Below, piece by piece: positions 28,872 to 38,094 of a stretch of DNA of 64,000 bases (position 1 is its first letter; each line of letters opens with the position of its first letter). Made by a program: the position numbers and the translations under genes. Location of the stretch: positions 1 to 64,000 of the forward strand of contig DAIDJN010000053.1 of the NCBI GenBank assembly GCA_027451365.1, read 5' to 3'. Below the pieces are notes generated by a model. The model had not been told where the DNA came from. It searched no databases and saw only the letters and a program-made list of their open reading frames with translations. The stretch comes from Phycisphaerales bacterium. Its GTDB lineage: Bacteria; Planctomycetota; Phycisphaerae; WQYP01.

Positions 28872-30299
28872 TTATTGAAATTTCCTGATCGCTTTGACCC
28901 GCGCCGCGCCATGATCCACCACTGGCGGCGGATAATCTTGACCAATGCGGCAACCGAATTGCGCCTGCATCAGCGGTGGCATCAGCCAGGGTTCGTGAAC
29001 AAAATCGTCCGGCACGCGGGCCAGCGCGGGAATAAGCCGCCGCACAAAGGCACCTTTCGGATCAAACCGGCGGGCCTGAAGAATCGGGTTCATGACGCGA
29101 AAATATGGGGCCGCATCTGTTCCGGTGCCGGCGCTCCATTGCCAGCCGCCCACATTGCTCGCCTGGTCGTAATCCATCAGCCATCGCATAAACCACTGTT
29201 CGCCAGTCCGCCAGTGAATATCCAGGTCTTTGGTTAAAAACATGGCGGCAATCATGCGCAGGCGGTTGTGCATCCAGCCGGTGGTCTGAATCTGTAATAA
29301 AGCCGCGTCCACAATCGGATATCCCGTGCAAGCTCCCAGCCAGGCGGCCAATAACGCCGGATTATTTTCCCATGTCACAGTGTCGAATTTCCGGTGGAAC
29401 GGCCGTGTGACGGTATGAGGAAAATGAAACAGCACCATCCGGTAAAATTCGCGCCAGATTAATTCCGAAAGCCAGCATTCGGCACCGCCGCATCCATTCA
29501 TGGCGCCGGCGGCAACCGCCGCGGAAACACATTGACGTATAGATATTGTTCCAGCTGACAAATGCGCGGAAAGCCGGGAAACGCCCGCTTCCGCGGGAAA
29601 GTCCCGCCGCTGTTTGTACAAGCCGATGCGCTGGCGCCCAAATTCGGCCAACATGCGACGTCCGCCGCTTTCGCCGGTTGGAATGTCCAGCGTGACTGCG
29701 GGAAATCCCAGGGACTTGGCGGCAGGAACCACCGACGCCTCCTGCGGCTGCCCTGACTGCTGCATCATGCGAGGCCGACCGCGCGAGACCATCGCGGCAG
29801 CACTGAATTTCGCCAGCCAGCTTCGCTTGTACGGTGTAAATACAGTATAGGGGGTCTCGTTGGCGGTCAGAACGTCAAATTCTTCAAAAATGACCGCGTC
29901 GCAATAGCCGTATATTTTAAGTTCCGAAAGTCCGGATTTTTCCGCCGTCTGAATCAGCCGCTGATCCTGCGCAATCTGTGCCGGTTCATATTCCCTGTTG
30001 AAAGTGATGGCGCCGGCCCGAACTTCACGGGCCAGCGAAAGCAGGGCGGCAACCGGATCATCCGTTTGAATAATCCGCAGTGAAATGTTGAGTCCGCCCA
30101 GGTTTTCGCGAAGTTCGGCAATAGCCGCCAACCAGAAGGCCGCCTGAAACGCACCCATCTTTGCGGCGGATGCATGAAACCAGCGGGTATCCAGCACAAA
30201 AACACCGATCACCGCATCAGCCAGACCGCAGGCGCTGGCCAGCGCCGTGTTGTCCGTTACGCGGAAATCGCGACGAAACCAGTGTAGGGCCGTATTCAA
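28872..30299 (-). CDS. phrB: Class I CPD photolyase
   Basis: WFRRDFRVTDN, SRLSAHL, LIWREFY, TGYPIVDA, GWMHNRLRM, NVGGWQW, PYFRVMNP. Confidence 0.95.
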   Translation of the reverse strand: MNTALHWFRRDFRVTDNTALASACGLADAVIGVFVLDTRWFHASAAKMGAFQAAFWLAAIAELRENLGGLNISLRIIQTDDPVAALLSLAREVRAGAITFNREYEPAQIAQDQRLIQTAEKSGLSELKIYGYCDAVIFEEFDVLTANETPYTVFTPYKRSWLAKFSAAAMVSRGRPRMMQQSGQPQEASVVPAAKSLGFPAVTLDIPTGESGGRRMLAEFGRQRIGLYKQRRDFPAEAGVSRLSAHLSAGTISIRQCVSAAVAAGAMNGCGGAECWLSELIWREFYRMVLFHFPHTVTRPFHRKFDTVTWENNPALLAAWLGACTGYPIVDAALLQIQTTGWMHNRLRMIAAMFLTKDLDIHWRTGEQWFMRWLMDYDQASNVGGWQWSAGTGTDAAPYFRVMNPILQARRFDPKGAFVRRLIPALARVPDDFVHEPWLMPPLMQAQFGCRIGQDYPPPVVDHGAARVKAIRKFQ

Positions 30300-30554
30300 T
30301 GTTTGGGAACTCCTTCTTCAACTCGCCAGAATTGTAGGCTGGGTTCACCTTAAAAGTGGAATGATTTTTTCTGTCTCATGAGGGACAATACGTTTCCGGG
30401 CTGTGCAAATGCGTACCGGCGCCCCATAGAGGGCATGAGTTACCAGAGAAAAATCGAATCCGCCGGTGGCATTCAATCGGGACTTTCCGCTAGAATGCTG
30501 CCGCACAGCGGCCGCGGTACAGACCGCGCTGGCCAGCTGGAAAGGAGTTGGTCC

Positions 30555-31283
30555 ATGTCGGATATTGCCGTGTTATTTGTAATGGCCGCGCCGGCTTACC
30601 CGGGCGGCGTGGCGGGTAAGCCGTTTCACAAGATAGACAATCGCGAAGTCTTCATGCGCACCATTGAACTTTACGCCAAGCGAGACCAGGTTGGACAGCG
30701 CATCGTCTGTGTTCTGCCTGATGAACTCGAACGTATCAGCCAGAAATATTCCGCCCATCTGGCCTTCGGCGGTGTTTCAGTGACGGCTGGCGGCCCAGAC
30801 TGGTTTGGCGCTGTCGCCCGAGGGCTGGAAAAGCTCAAACCGGAGATTCAGACAGTGTTCATTCATGACGCCTGCCGCCCAGCGGTTCCCTATACTTTGC
30901 TGGATACGCTGGAAGGGGCTGTGGCGCAGACCGGCGCGGCGGTTCCGGTCAGCCCGGTTTGCGGTTCCCTTTCACGAATCAAGGGGAATCAATTGGCCGC
31001 TCCGGTGGACAGTCAGGCCGTTTTCGCCATCGGCTCTCCGCAGGTTTTCCGACGGGATGTTCTGGCGGCCGCGTATAAGCGGCGTGCGGAATTCAAAAAT
31101 CCCGCCGACGATGCCGCGCTGGTGCGGGCCAGCGGTTGCGCGGTGGCAACCGTGGTGGACTGGAGTCTGAACATTCGGGTGGATTCTGAAGATGCGGTAA
31201 AGCTCGCCGGTGATGCCATCAAGCATCTGCCCAAACAGCGCAGCAACGCGCCGTTTTCACCGTTTGAAGAAGCCCAGTGGTAA
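30555..31283 (+). CDS. IspD/TarI-like cytidylyltransferase with divergent motifs
   Basis: KPF, FIHDACRP, SPQVF, DDAALV, LNIRV; AAGGAG RBS. Confidence 0.75.
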   Translation: MSDIAVLFVMAAPAYPGGVAGKPFHKIDNREVFMRTIELYAKRDQVGQRIVCVLPDELERISQKYSAHLAFGGVSVTAGGPDWFGAVARGLEKLKPEIQTVFIHDACRPAVPYTLLDTLEGAVAQTGAAVPVSPVCGSLSRIKGNQLAAPVDSQAVFAIGSPQVFRRDVLAAAYKRRAEFKNPADDAALVRASGCAVATVVDWSLNIRVDSEDAVKLAGDAIKHLPKQRSNAPFSPFEEAQW

Positions 31284-31437
31284 TGGCCCCGGTGCCACTG
31301 GCCTCCCGCGGCACCCTGGTTCAGGAACAGCGGCGGCCAGGGACATCGGACGCCACCCCGGCTGGCCATGCCGCATCGCATGTAAGGGGCGGGAGTCTGT
31401 AAGCGAGGGCGGTTCCAGACGCATCATCCGGAGATTC

Positions 31438-32580
31438 ATGGCACGTCGCATCATTTTCCTGATTACGGATCTGGACCTGGGCGGCTGCCCGCTTCTTCTG
31501 CTGCGCATTGTCCGTGAATTAAAGATGCGCGGCCACTTTGCGCCGCATGTGGTAAGCATTAAATCACCAGGCCCGGTGGCCCGCTGGATACGCAAGGCTG
31601 GCGTGGAAGTAACCGGGCTGCACGCTTCTGGCGCCGGAGATTACCGCGCGGCCATGCGCTGGGTCCAACTGCTGCAATCGCTACGGCCTCGAGGCGTGCT
31701 TAGCATGCTGATTCATGCAAACCTGCTGGCGGCGGCCGCGGCACCGGTCTGCCCGCCGTGCGTGTATCTCCAGTCATTGCACACGCTGCAGACCTCTCCG
31801 GCGTGGCGTTGGCCCGCTAACAGCCTGCTGGCCAGCCGATGCGCGGGAGTGCTGGCGCCTTCGCAGGCTATTCTGGATCGCCTTTCGCGGGAAGGGTTCA
31901 CCGGACCGCAATTCGTTGTGCCAAATGGAATCGACGTGAATGTGTTTGCCGAAGCCCGGGCCGTGCCACCCGATCGACTCCCCTGGCCAGCGGGATCCAC
32001 CGTGATCGGCTATGTCGGCCGGTTTGATCCGGTTAAACGGCTTGACGCCCTGCTCCGCGGTTTTACCCGGCTGCTTCTGGCGGATTACCAGCGCTGGCAA
32101 CATGTGTATCTGGCCCTGATCGGCTACGGCCCCATGGAACCGCCGCTGCGCCGGATGGCGGCGGACCTGGGCATTGCCTCCCATGTGGCTTTTCCCGGCC
32201 CGACGGCCAGTCCACAAGATTGGTATAAATGTATTGATGTATTTATAAATCCATGCAATGTGGAAGGCTTCGGCCTGTCGGTAATTGAAGCCATGGCCGC
32301 CGGCGTGCCGGTAATCGCGCGGCGGGGCGGGGCCATCAGTGAAATCATCACCCATCAGGTCAATGGCTGGCTGTTTGACCCGTCGGACTTGGCCGCGGGC
32401 CATCTCGCCACCAGCGCCGAGGCAGAAGCTCGCAGCATTTGCGATTCACTTTCCACGCTCCTGGCCAATGCTGCCCTGCGGCAGCACCTGGCAGTGGGCG
32501 GCCACAACCGCGTTGTGGGGCGATATACCACCGATCGCATGGTGGATGGCTATGAGCAAATTATGGAAAAATTTATTTAA
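31438..32580 (+). CDS. Glycosyltransferase family 4
   Basis: ITDLDLGG, VPNGID, VGRFDPVKR, EGFGLSVIEAMAAGVPVI. Confidence 0.92.
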   Translation: MARRIIFLITDLDLGGCPLLLLRIVRELKMRGHFAPHVVSIKSPGPVARWIRKAGVEVTGLHASGAGDYRAAMRWVQLLQSLRPRGVLSMLIHANLLAAAAAPVCPPCVYLQSLHTLQTSPAWRWPANSLLASRCAGVLAPSQAILDRLSREGFTGPQFVVPNGIDVNVFAEARAVPPDRLPWPAGSTVIGYVGRFDPVKRLDALLRGFTRLLLADYQRWQHVYLALIGYGPMEPPLRRMAADLGIASHVAFPGPTASPQDWYKCIDVFINPCNVEGFGLSVIEAMAAGVPVIARRGGAISEIITHQVNGWLFDPSDLAAGHLATSAEAEARSICDSLSTLLANAALRQHLAVGGHNRVVGRYTTDRMVDGYEQIMEKFI

Positions 32581-32708
32581 GTTTTCGCATTAGTCGCCAC
32601 ACCCCATGGCTAGTACTGCCATCTCACCATATACACCACCTATTGTAGCGACCCTTTCATTTAAGTGCGGTACCTCCCCACACGTCTAGTGGCGATTTTC
32701 GATATTAT

Positions 32709-32781
32709 TTGCAATTTACTGTAGAAGTGGGTACGCTTAGGTCGATGTGGAGAGAAGTAGAGTAAAATGGGAGAAAAAGGG
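32709..32781 (+). promoter_or_regulatory. mraZ promoter with 10-bp-periodic MraZ-type boxes
   Basis: TTGCAA(32709)-17 bp-TACGCT(32732). GTGGG 32727, GTGGA 32747, GTAGA 32757, ATGGG 32767, AAGGG 32777 are in 10-bp phase. Confidence 0.7.
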
Positions 32782-32815
32782 ATGAGGTATTTAAAGGCCC
32801 GGAGCCGGATGTAAC

Positions 32816-33298
32816 ATGCTTTTTTCTGGCACATTTCGCCATACCATTGATGGCAAAAACCGTTTATCTGTGCCAGCAACGGTACGAAGAGAATTCGACC
32901 GCTTCGGGATTGAAAAGTTACTGGTCGGGAAAGTTGCCTGGGTGCCCGGGCCGGACAAAGGCGGCTGGTACTGCCTGCAACTTATTCCCCGCTTGACTTA
33001 TGAAGCCGCCTTAGAATGCCGCAATCAGGCCGGCAAAATTAACCGGACGGCCCTTGAATTTGAAGCCATGGATGAAATGTTCGCGGATGTCGGCCAGATG
33101 GAGCTTGATGCCCAGGGTCGAATCCTGATTCCCGACGAATTCATGGTGCATCCCGGAATGGACGACGGTGTGTTCGGAAAACGGATTTTGGGAACAGACG
33201 TTGTGGTGTGCGGCGGTGGCGACATGTTGACCATCTGGAATGTGACCGACCACAACGAATACAGAAAATACCGGCAGCGCAAGGATGCTGCTGCCTAA
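32816..33298 (+). CDS. mraZ: Transcriptional regulator MraZ
   Basis: FSGTFRHTIDGKNRLSVPA, LDAQGRILIP, VVVCGGGDMLTIWN; upstream of rsmH. Confidence 0.88.
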   Translation: MLFSGTFRHTIDGKNRLSVPATVRREFDRFGIEKLLVGKVAWVPGPDKGGWYCLQLIPRLTYEAALECRNQAGKINRTALEFEAMDEMFADVGQMELDAQGRILIPDEFMVHPGMDDGVFGKRILGTDVVVCGGGDMLTIWNVTDHNEYRKYRQRKDAAA

Positions 33299-33690
33299 GG
33301 CTGGCATAATGCCGCGGCATGGACGCCGGGAAGCCAGCCCCAATACAACTTGAATTCACAACGTGCAGGCATGGATGGCCCGCACAGCGGATTCAACAAA
33401 AGACGCACGGAAGCGTCTGGATTCTCCCGGCGGGATCGCGATTAAGGATGATCGCATAACCGCCGTTCAGCAGCAGGCTTCGTTCCGGCACGCATGGACG
33501 CGTCGCCGGGACGCCGCCCCTGAAACCATTGACCCCAAACGTCAGCACGACGCTGGCGGGAAAAATGGCTCGCGGAGCGGGCCTGTATGCCGTACCAACG
33601 TCATGGATGAACCCGGCATACGCCAAGGATTGGCTGGATGGACACATGGCGGCCAATCGTGTGTCCATCCTGCTTTGTACTTTTTTCGTT
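33273..33690 (+). ncRNA. Putative CsrB/RsmZ-like multi-GGA-hairpin RNA
   Basis: Nine stem-loops with GGA in the loop (eight in ANGGA context), then a terminator-like stem. Confidence 0.65.
33636..33690 (+). terminator. Terminator-like hairpin between mraZ and rsmH
   Basis: ggatggacacat / gtgtgtccatcc 12-bp stem (one G-U) followed by tgctttgtactttttt. Confidence 0.5.
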
Positions 33691-33745
33691 CCTATGCGGA
33701 ACTTTTGTCTTGTGCGGGCAGGTGCCAATCCTGCCAAAGGTTTCC

Positions 33746-34678
33746 ATGGACGCTGGTGAGCACGGCCATGACCCCGTTTTGCTGGATCAGGTGTTATCTA
33801 TTCTGCAACCCCGCCCTGGCGAGGTTGCCTTGGATGCCACCACCGGCCGCGGCGGACATGCTCTGGAAATTGCCGCCCGAATCGGCCCTTCCGGCACTCT
33901 TCTTTGTGTTGACGCCGATCCCGAAAACCTTGCCTACGCCCGCGAAAGGCTGTCTTGTGTTCAGGCGAAATGTCGCTTTTTCCACGCCAATTTTGCGGAA
34001 ATTGGCGATGTCCTGGCGACCGCAGGTTGCGGAGAAATTGACATGATTCTCGCAGACCTGGGTGTTTCCACCAATCAACTGCTGACCGGGCGGTACGGCC
34101 TCGGCTTTTCCATGGATGCGCCACTGGATATGCGACTGGACCCGCGGCTTACCCGTACCGCCGCGGATCTGGTACGGAATCTGACGGAAAAACAACTGGC
34201 TGATTTAATATTCAACAATGCCCAGGAACGGCTTTCGCGGCGCATCGCCCGCCGCATTGTGGAAACCAGAAAGACCACGCCAATCGTGACCACTGCGCAA
34301 TTGGCCGCCGTGGTGCGCAGCGCTGTTGGCCCCACACCCTATGGCCAACTGGATTCGGCAACCCGAACGTTTCAGGCCCTGCGAATGGCCGTCAATGAAG
34401 AATTGTCCAGCCTGCAGTCGCTGTTGGACGCCATGCCGCGGGTGGTGAAGCCTCAAGGCCGGGCTGCCGTCATCAGTTTTCACTCCGGCGAAGACCGTCT
34501 GGTGAAACAAGCCATGCGGCAATGGCAGACCGATGGACGGTGCGATATTCTGACACCCAAGCCGCTGATGGCGGATGAAATTGAACTTGCCCGTAACCCG
34601 CGCAGCCGCAGCGCCAAATTGCGCGGCGTCAGGTTCCGTCAGATGACGGGTCCGAAGGAGTACCCCCTCGAAAACTGA
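33746..34678 (+). CDS. rsmH: 16S rRNA m4C1402 methyltransferase
   Basis: HDPVLL, DATTGRGGHA, ADLGVS, PLDMRLD, ATRTFQALRMAVNEEL, ISFHSGEDR, NPRSRSAKLR. Confidence 0.97.
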   Translation: MDAGEHGHDPVLLDQVLSILQPRPGEVALDATTGRGGHALEIAARIGPSGTLLCVDADPENLAYARERLSCVQAKCRFFHANFAEIGDVLATAGCGEIDMILADLGVSTNQLLTGRYGLGFSMDAPLDMRLDPRLTRTAADLVRNLTEKQLADLIFNNAQERLSRRIARRIVETRKTTPIVTTAQLAAVVRSAVGPTPYGQLDSATRTFQALRMAVNEELSSLQSLLDAMPRVVKPQGRAAVISFHSGEDRLVKQAMRQWQTDGRCDILTPKPLMADEIELARNPRSRSAKLRGVRFRQMTGPKEYPLEN

Positions 34679-34827
34679 CTCCGGGCAGGGTCTGCCCCCC
34701 CGGACAAATGCGGTGCGGGGTTGTGAATATAATGGGAAAGAGAGATCGGTTTTTCAGCGCCGCCCGCATAATGGATTGCGGATTTTTGCGGCAGGATTTT
34801 GCGATGGCATTCGGGAGTTTGGCAGCC

Positions 34828-35757
34828 ATGAGTCGTGACACGCGTATCGGAATGGTAACCGGGCTGGCAATTATTGTGCTGATTGGCGCACTGCTTTCCA
34901 TGTATCTGGATCGGGCACAAAGCTCGGTTCAGCCAGCCGCGTTGGCGGCATTGGGAAGCGCATTTCGTGATTCTCTCATTAACCCCCCTACCAGCACAGT
35001 TCCCCCGCCACCGTCACAGGCGAATACACCGGCTCGCAATGCGCCGAGCACAGGCATGGCACCGCGGGCGGGCGCAGCTGGTGGAAATTCTGCAGCGCCT
35101 GCCCAGATGGTCATGGGCAATGTTTATAATTCATCAATCAATGCAATGCCCACACCGCCGGCCAGCTTCCCCATCGGCTTTGCGCGGGTTGGGAACCTTA
35201 AACCGGTTGGAAACCAACCGTTGGGTCAAACCGGCGGTAATTCCAGTATTCGCACCTACACAGTTAAATCCGGCGATACACTCACCCATATTGCGTGGCT
35301 CTGCTATCACGATGGCGGCCCACTGGCGGTCCGGCGGATTATTCAAGCCAATTCGGCCACATTGAAAAATATCCACAGCACGCTGCACATCGGGCAGAAG
35401 CTGATCATTCCGCCCGCAACCGTTTCAACTTCGGTTGCCGCACACGCCACCATGAATCTTACCCAGATGGCCGCCACCACCAATACCGGCCGCCTTCCGG
35501 GAATGCGACGCGCCAAACAGGCTGCGACACAATTGATTGACGGCTTTTTCCCGAAGGATTCTGCCGCCAGCGCGCCAACTGCTGCCGGCATGAGCTATAA
35601 AGTTAAGCCGCACGACACACTGGCAGCGATCGCCCGGAAATATATGGGCAGTGCATCCGTGGCAAATATTCACCGCATTATGGCGGCGAATCACATAAGC
35701 AATCCTAATAAGCTTGCAGTCGGCATGGTCTTGCGCCTGTCAACTACCGGGCATTGA
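34828..35757 (+). CDS. Membrane-anchored protein with two LysM domains
   Basis: N-terminal TM; YTVKSGDTLTHIA..LHIGQKLIIP and YKVKPHDTLAAIARKY..LAVGMVLRL. Confidence 0.9.
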   Translation: MSRDTRIGMVTGLAIIVLIGALLSMYLDRAQSSVQPAALAALGSAFRDSLINPPTSTVPPPPSQANTPARNAPSTGMAPRAGAAGGNSAAPAQMVMGNVYNSSINAMPTPPASFPIGFARVGNLKPVGNQPLGQTGGNSSIRTYTVKSGDTLTHIAWLCYHDGGPLAVRRIIQANSATLKNIHSTLHIGQKLIIPPATVSTSVAAHATMNLTQMAATTNTGRLPGMRRAKQAATQLIDGFFPKDSAASAPTAAGMSYKVKPHDTLAAIARKYMGSASVANIHRIMAANHISNPNKLAVGMVLRLSTTGH

Positions 35758-36120
35758 ACTGTCTGATGCCCGACAAATTGCTGACACAGTCCATCCAGTC
35801 GCCATTTTTATGAAACCGCCCCAAGACCAAAGCCGGATGAGTTGCCCGGCGTACTTGCCGCCTCCATTTCACCGCCATCCAGATAATCTTCACCCACTAT
35901 GCAAATACAGTCCGGCTTGCTCACGGAAGTACCGATAACATTTCGCGCATCGGCGAAGGCTGTTTGTTTTTTTGGAAATTCCGTTTCTCCAGGGAATTTG
36001 CACAAACTGATTTCGCGGGCGGCTCTTGGCTTATTTGCCCCATTCGCCGCTGACATAATTTCAGCCCATCAGCCCGTCATGCCTCCCGTGCTTCTGGAGG
36101 ACAACACACGGTTTTACAAT

Positions 36121-37749
36121 TCAGCGTGCCGGACGGACTTTGGCGGCCAGCGTCGCCTGGAATGGCAACGCCGGAAGCCCCGCCCCGTTCATAAGATTGG
36201 GCTGGGCGACACAACTCCAGGCGAATCGCACCCGTGTCGGTGTCGGCACATCGCGCGCCGAAAGCACCACCGAATTACCATGAATGACCGCCTTGGCGAG
36301 ATAAAATTTGCCGCGTCTGGCAGCCAGAAAAAACCAGTTCAGTGGTTGGCCGTTCCGAGATGCCAAACCGCCATTCGTATGCGCAAAATGAATGGTCACC
36401 TTCGAACCACGGCATTGGGCGGATGCAAATTGCGGTCCTGAAAAGGCGGTTGCTTTCCGACCATACACCTTGGCCAGCGCCAGCAATGCGATGCGATGGC
36501 CCACCGCCGCCTTATTCGCCGGGTGAATATTTTTAATATCGCCAATATCCATCGTGGAAATAATCCCGCAATTCGGCAATGTCTTTGCCGCCCGTTCTTC
36601 CGCCTGCCAGATCAGCGGCTCAAATGGCGCATCGGATCCGTTGGGACCACACCAGGCGGCGGCATAATTAAACGGCGCGATCTGTACAATATAGAATGGA
36701 AAATTCCCCTGATCCCACAGCTTTCTCCAGCCCAGGATAAGTGCCCGCAATTTCGCATCATAATGCCCGTCAAAGGCCAGCACGTTATTTTCACCCTGAT
36801 ACCACACGGCACCGCGGATTGTATAGGGAATCAGCGGCGCGATCATGCCGTTGAAAAGCGTCGTGGGGTTCTGATGGGGATCTGGCAGCCATTTGCTTTG
36901 AAAATGGTACTTAAAACCGTGCGGCGAATTGACCAGCCCTGCCGCGTTTGCCGGTGCCGCGCCACCCCCCAGCGCCGAATCGCGGGCCATTGCTTTTTTC
37001 AGCCATCGCTTTTCCCGGCCCAACTGGCTCGACAGTTCATAACCCTGAGCCGGAATCCAAGCCTCTATGCTGGTACCGCCCCAGTCCGCTTCGATCATTC
37101 CGATTGGCTCGTGCAACCGATGGCGCAACTCATCACAGAATAAATAGCCAACCGCCGAAACACCGGCCGTCGTTTCCGGTGTGCATACCTGCCATTTTGC
37201 CGGCGCCGTTTCATGCGCGCGACCGGCGAACATGCTGGGCACCATTGGCACATGATAAAAACGCACAGTCGGATGATGGGCTGCCGCCAGCGCGGTCGCC
37301 AGATTCGTTCGGTGAAACCACCCGGCCATCGGATACTGCATATTCGACTGGCCCGATACCAGCCATACCTCGCCTACCAGCACATTTTTAAGTTCCACCC
37401 GATTGGCACCATCAAAAATAACCATCGTTCGCGGCTTCGTGCTGATCGCCAACCGGTGAAGATGCACCATCCATTCCCCTGTTCCACGGGCCGCCTTTCC
37501 CAGCAGACGCTGGCCCGCAAATCGAACGTTCACAACATCGCCTGGCTTGGCCCACCCCCAAATTGCATCGCGCATGCCCTGCTGCAGAACCATATTATCC
37601 GTGAACATCGTGGACACCCGCAACTGCGCCGATGCACCCGGCGGTGCCCCAATCCGGGCCGGCAACCGCCCCCACACTGGCCGCCCCGCGCTTATGCCAA
37701 CCGCCATGAACATCACACATATCAACCAGTTCAAACAATATCGCTTCAT
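36121..37749 (-). CDS. Sialate O-acetylesterase family (SASA/SGNH) protein
   Basis: FTDNMVLQQ, GEVWLVSGQSNM, WGGTSIEAW, WYQGENN, DIKNIHPANK; AGGAG RBS. Confidence 0.92.
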   Translation of the reverse strand: MKRYCLNWLICVMFMAVGISAGRPVWGRLPARIGAPPGASAQLRVSTMFTDNMVLQQGMRDAIWGWAKPGDVVNVRFAGQRLLGKAARGTGEWMVHLHRLAISTKPRTMVIFDGANRVELKNVLVGEVWLVSGQSNMQYPMAGWFHRTNLATALAAAHHPTVRFYHVPMVPSMFAGRAHETAPAKWQVCTPETTAGVSAVGYLFCDELRHRLHEPIGMIEADWGGTSIEAWIPAQGYELSSQLGREKRWLKKAMARDSALGGGAAPANAAGLVNSPHGFKYHFQSKWLPDPHQNPTTLFNGMIAPLIPYTIRGAVWYQGENNVLAFDGHYDAKLRALILGWRKLWDQGNFPFYIVQIAPFNYAAAWCGPNGSDAPFEPLIWQAEERAAKTLPNCGIISTMDIGDIKNIHPANKAAVGHRIALLALAKVYGRKATAFSGPQFASAQCRGSKVTIHFAHTNGGLASRNGQPLNWFFLAARRGKFYLAKAVIHGNSVVLSARDVPTPTRVRFAWSCVAQPNLMNGAGLPALPFQATLAAKVRPAR

Positions 37750-38094
37750 ACAAACTCCTGGCCGCCTGAAAACCGGACAATCACCAGCGCTCGAACGCGC
37801 TCGCCCACGGTCCGCCAGTTCGCATGGAACACGCCGATCCCCGCGGATATTCATTCCAATGAACGTTTCGTCGCCAGCGCAACAGCCGCTTTCAAGTACT
37901 CTCTCATGTTATCATGTTGTCCCCCGGTCTGACCATTCGGTTTCTTTGCGCGCCAGATTGATCGGTTCCACGCCCTTGAATCGGCCATCCGTCCGTCACG
38001 CATTGGTGCCGATGACGTTTCATGGTAAAACTTCATTCGCCGGCCATACAGCGGCCGGGTAAAACATGGTTCATCAGCACAGGACGGAAACACA

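Noticed and set aside
33273..33690. Hairpin array as a CRISPR array or the actinobacterial mraW RNA motif
   Set aside because: Stems are not identical repeats, spacing is irregular, no cas genes are present, and loops are ANGGA rather than CUUCCCC
33363..34046. ORFs 33363-34046, 33529-33759 and 33393-33737 across the mraZ-rsmH gap
   Set aside because: No recognisable motifs, two overlap rsmH out of frame, and the hairpin array explains the sequence better
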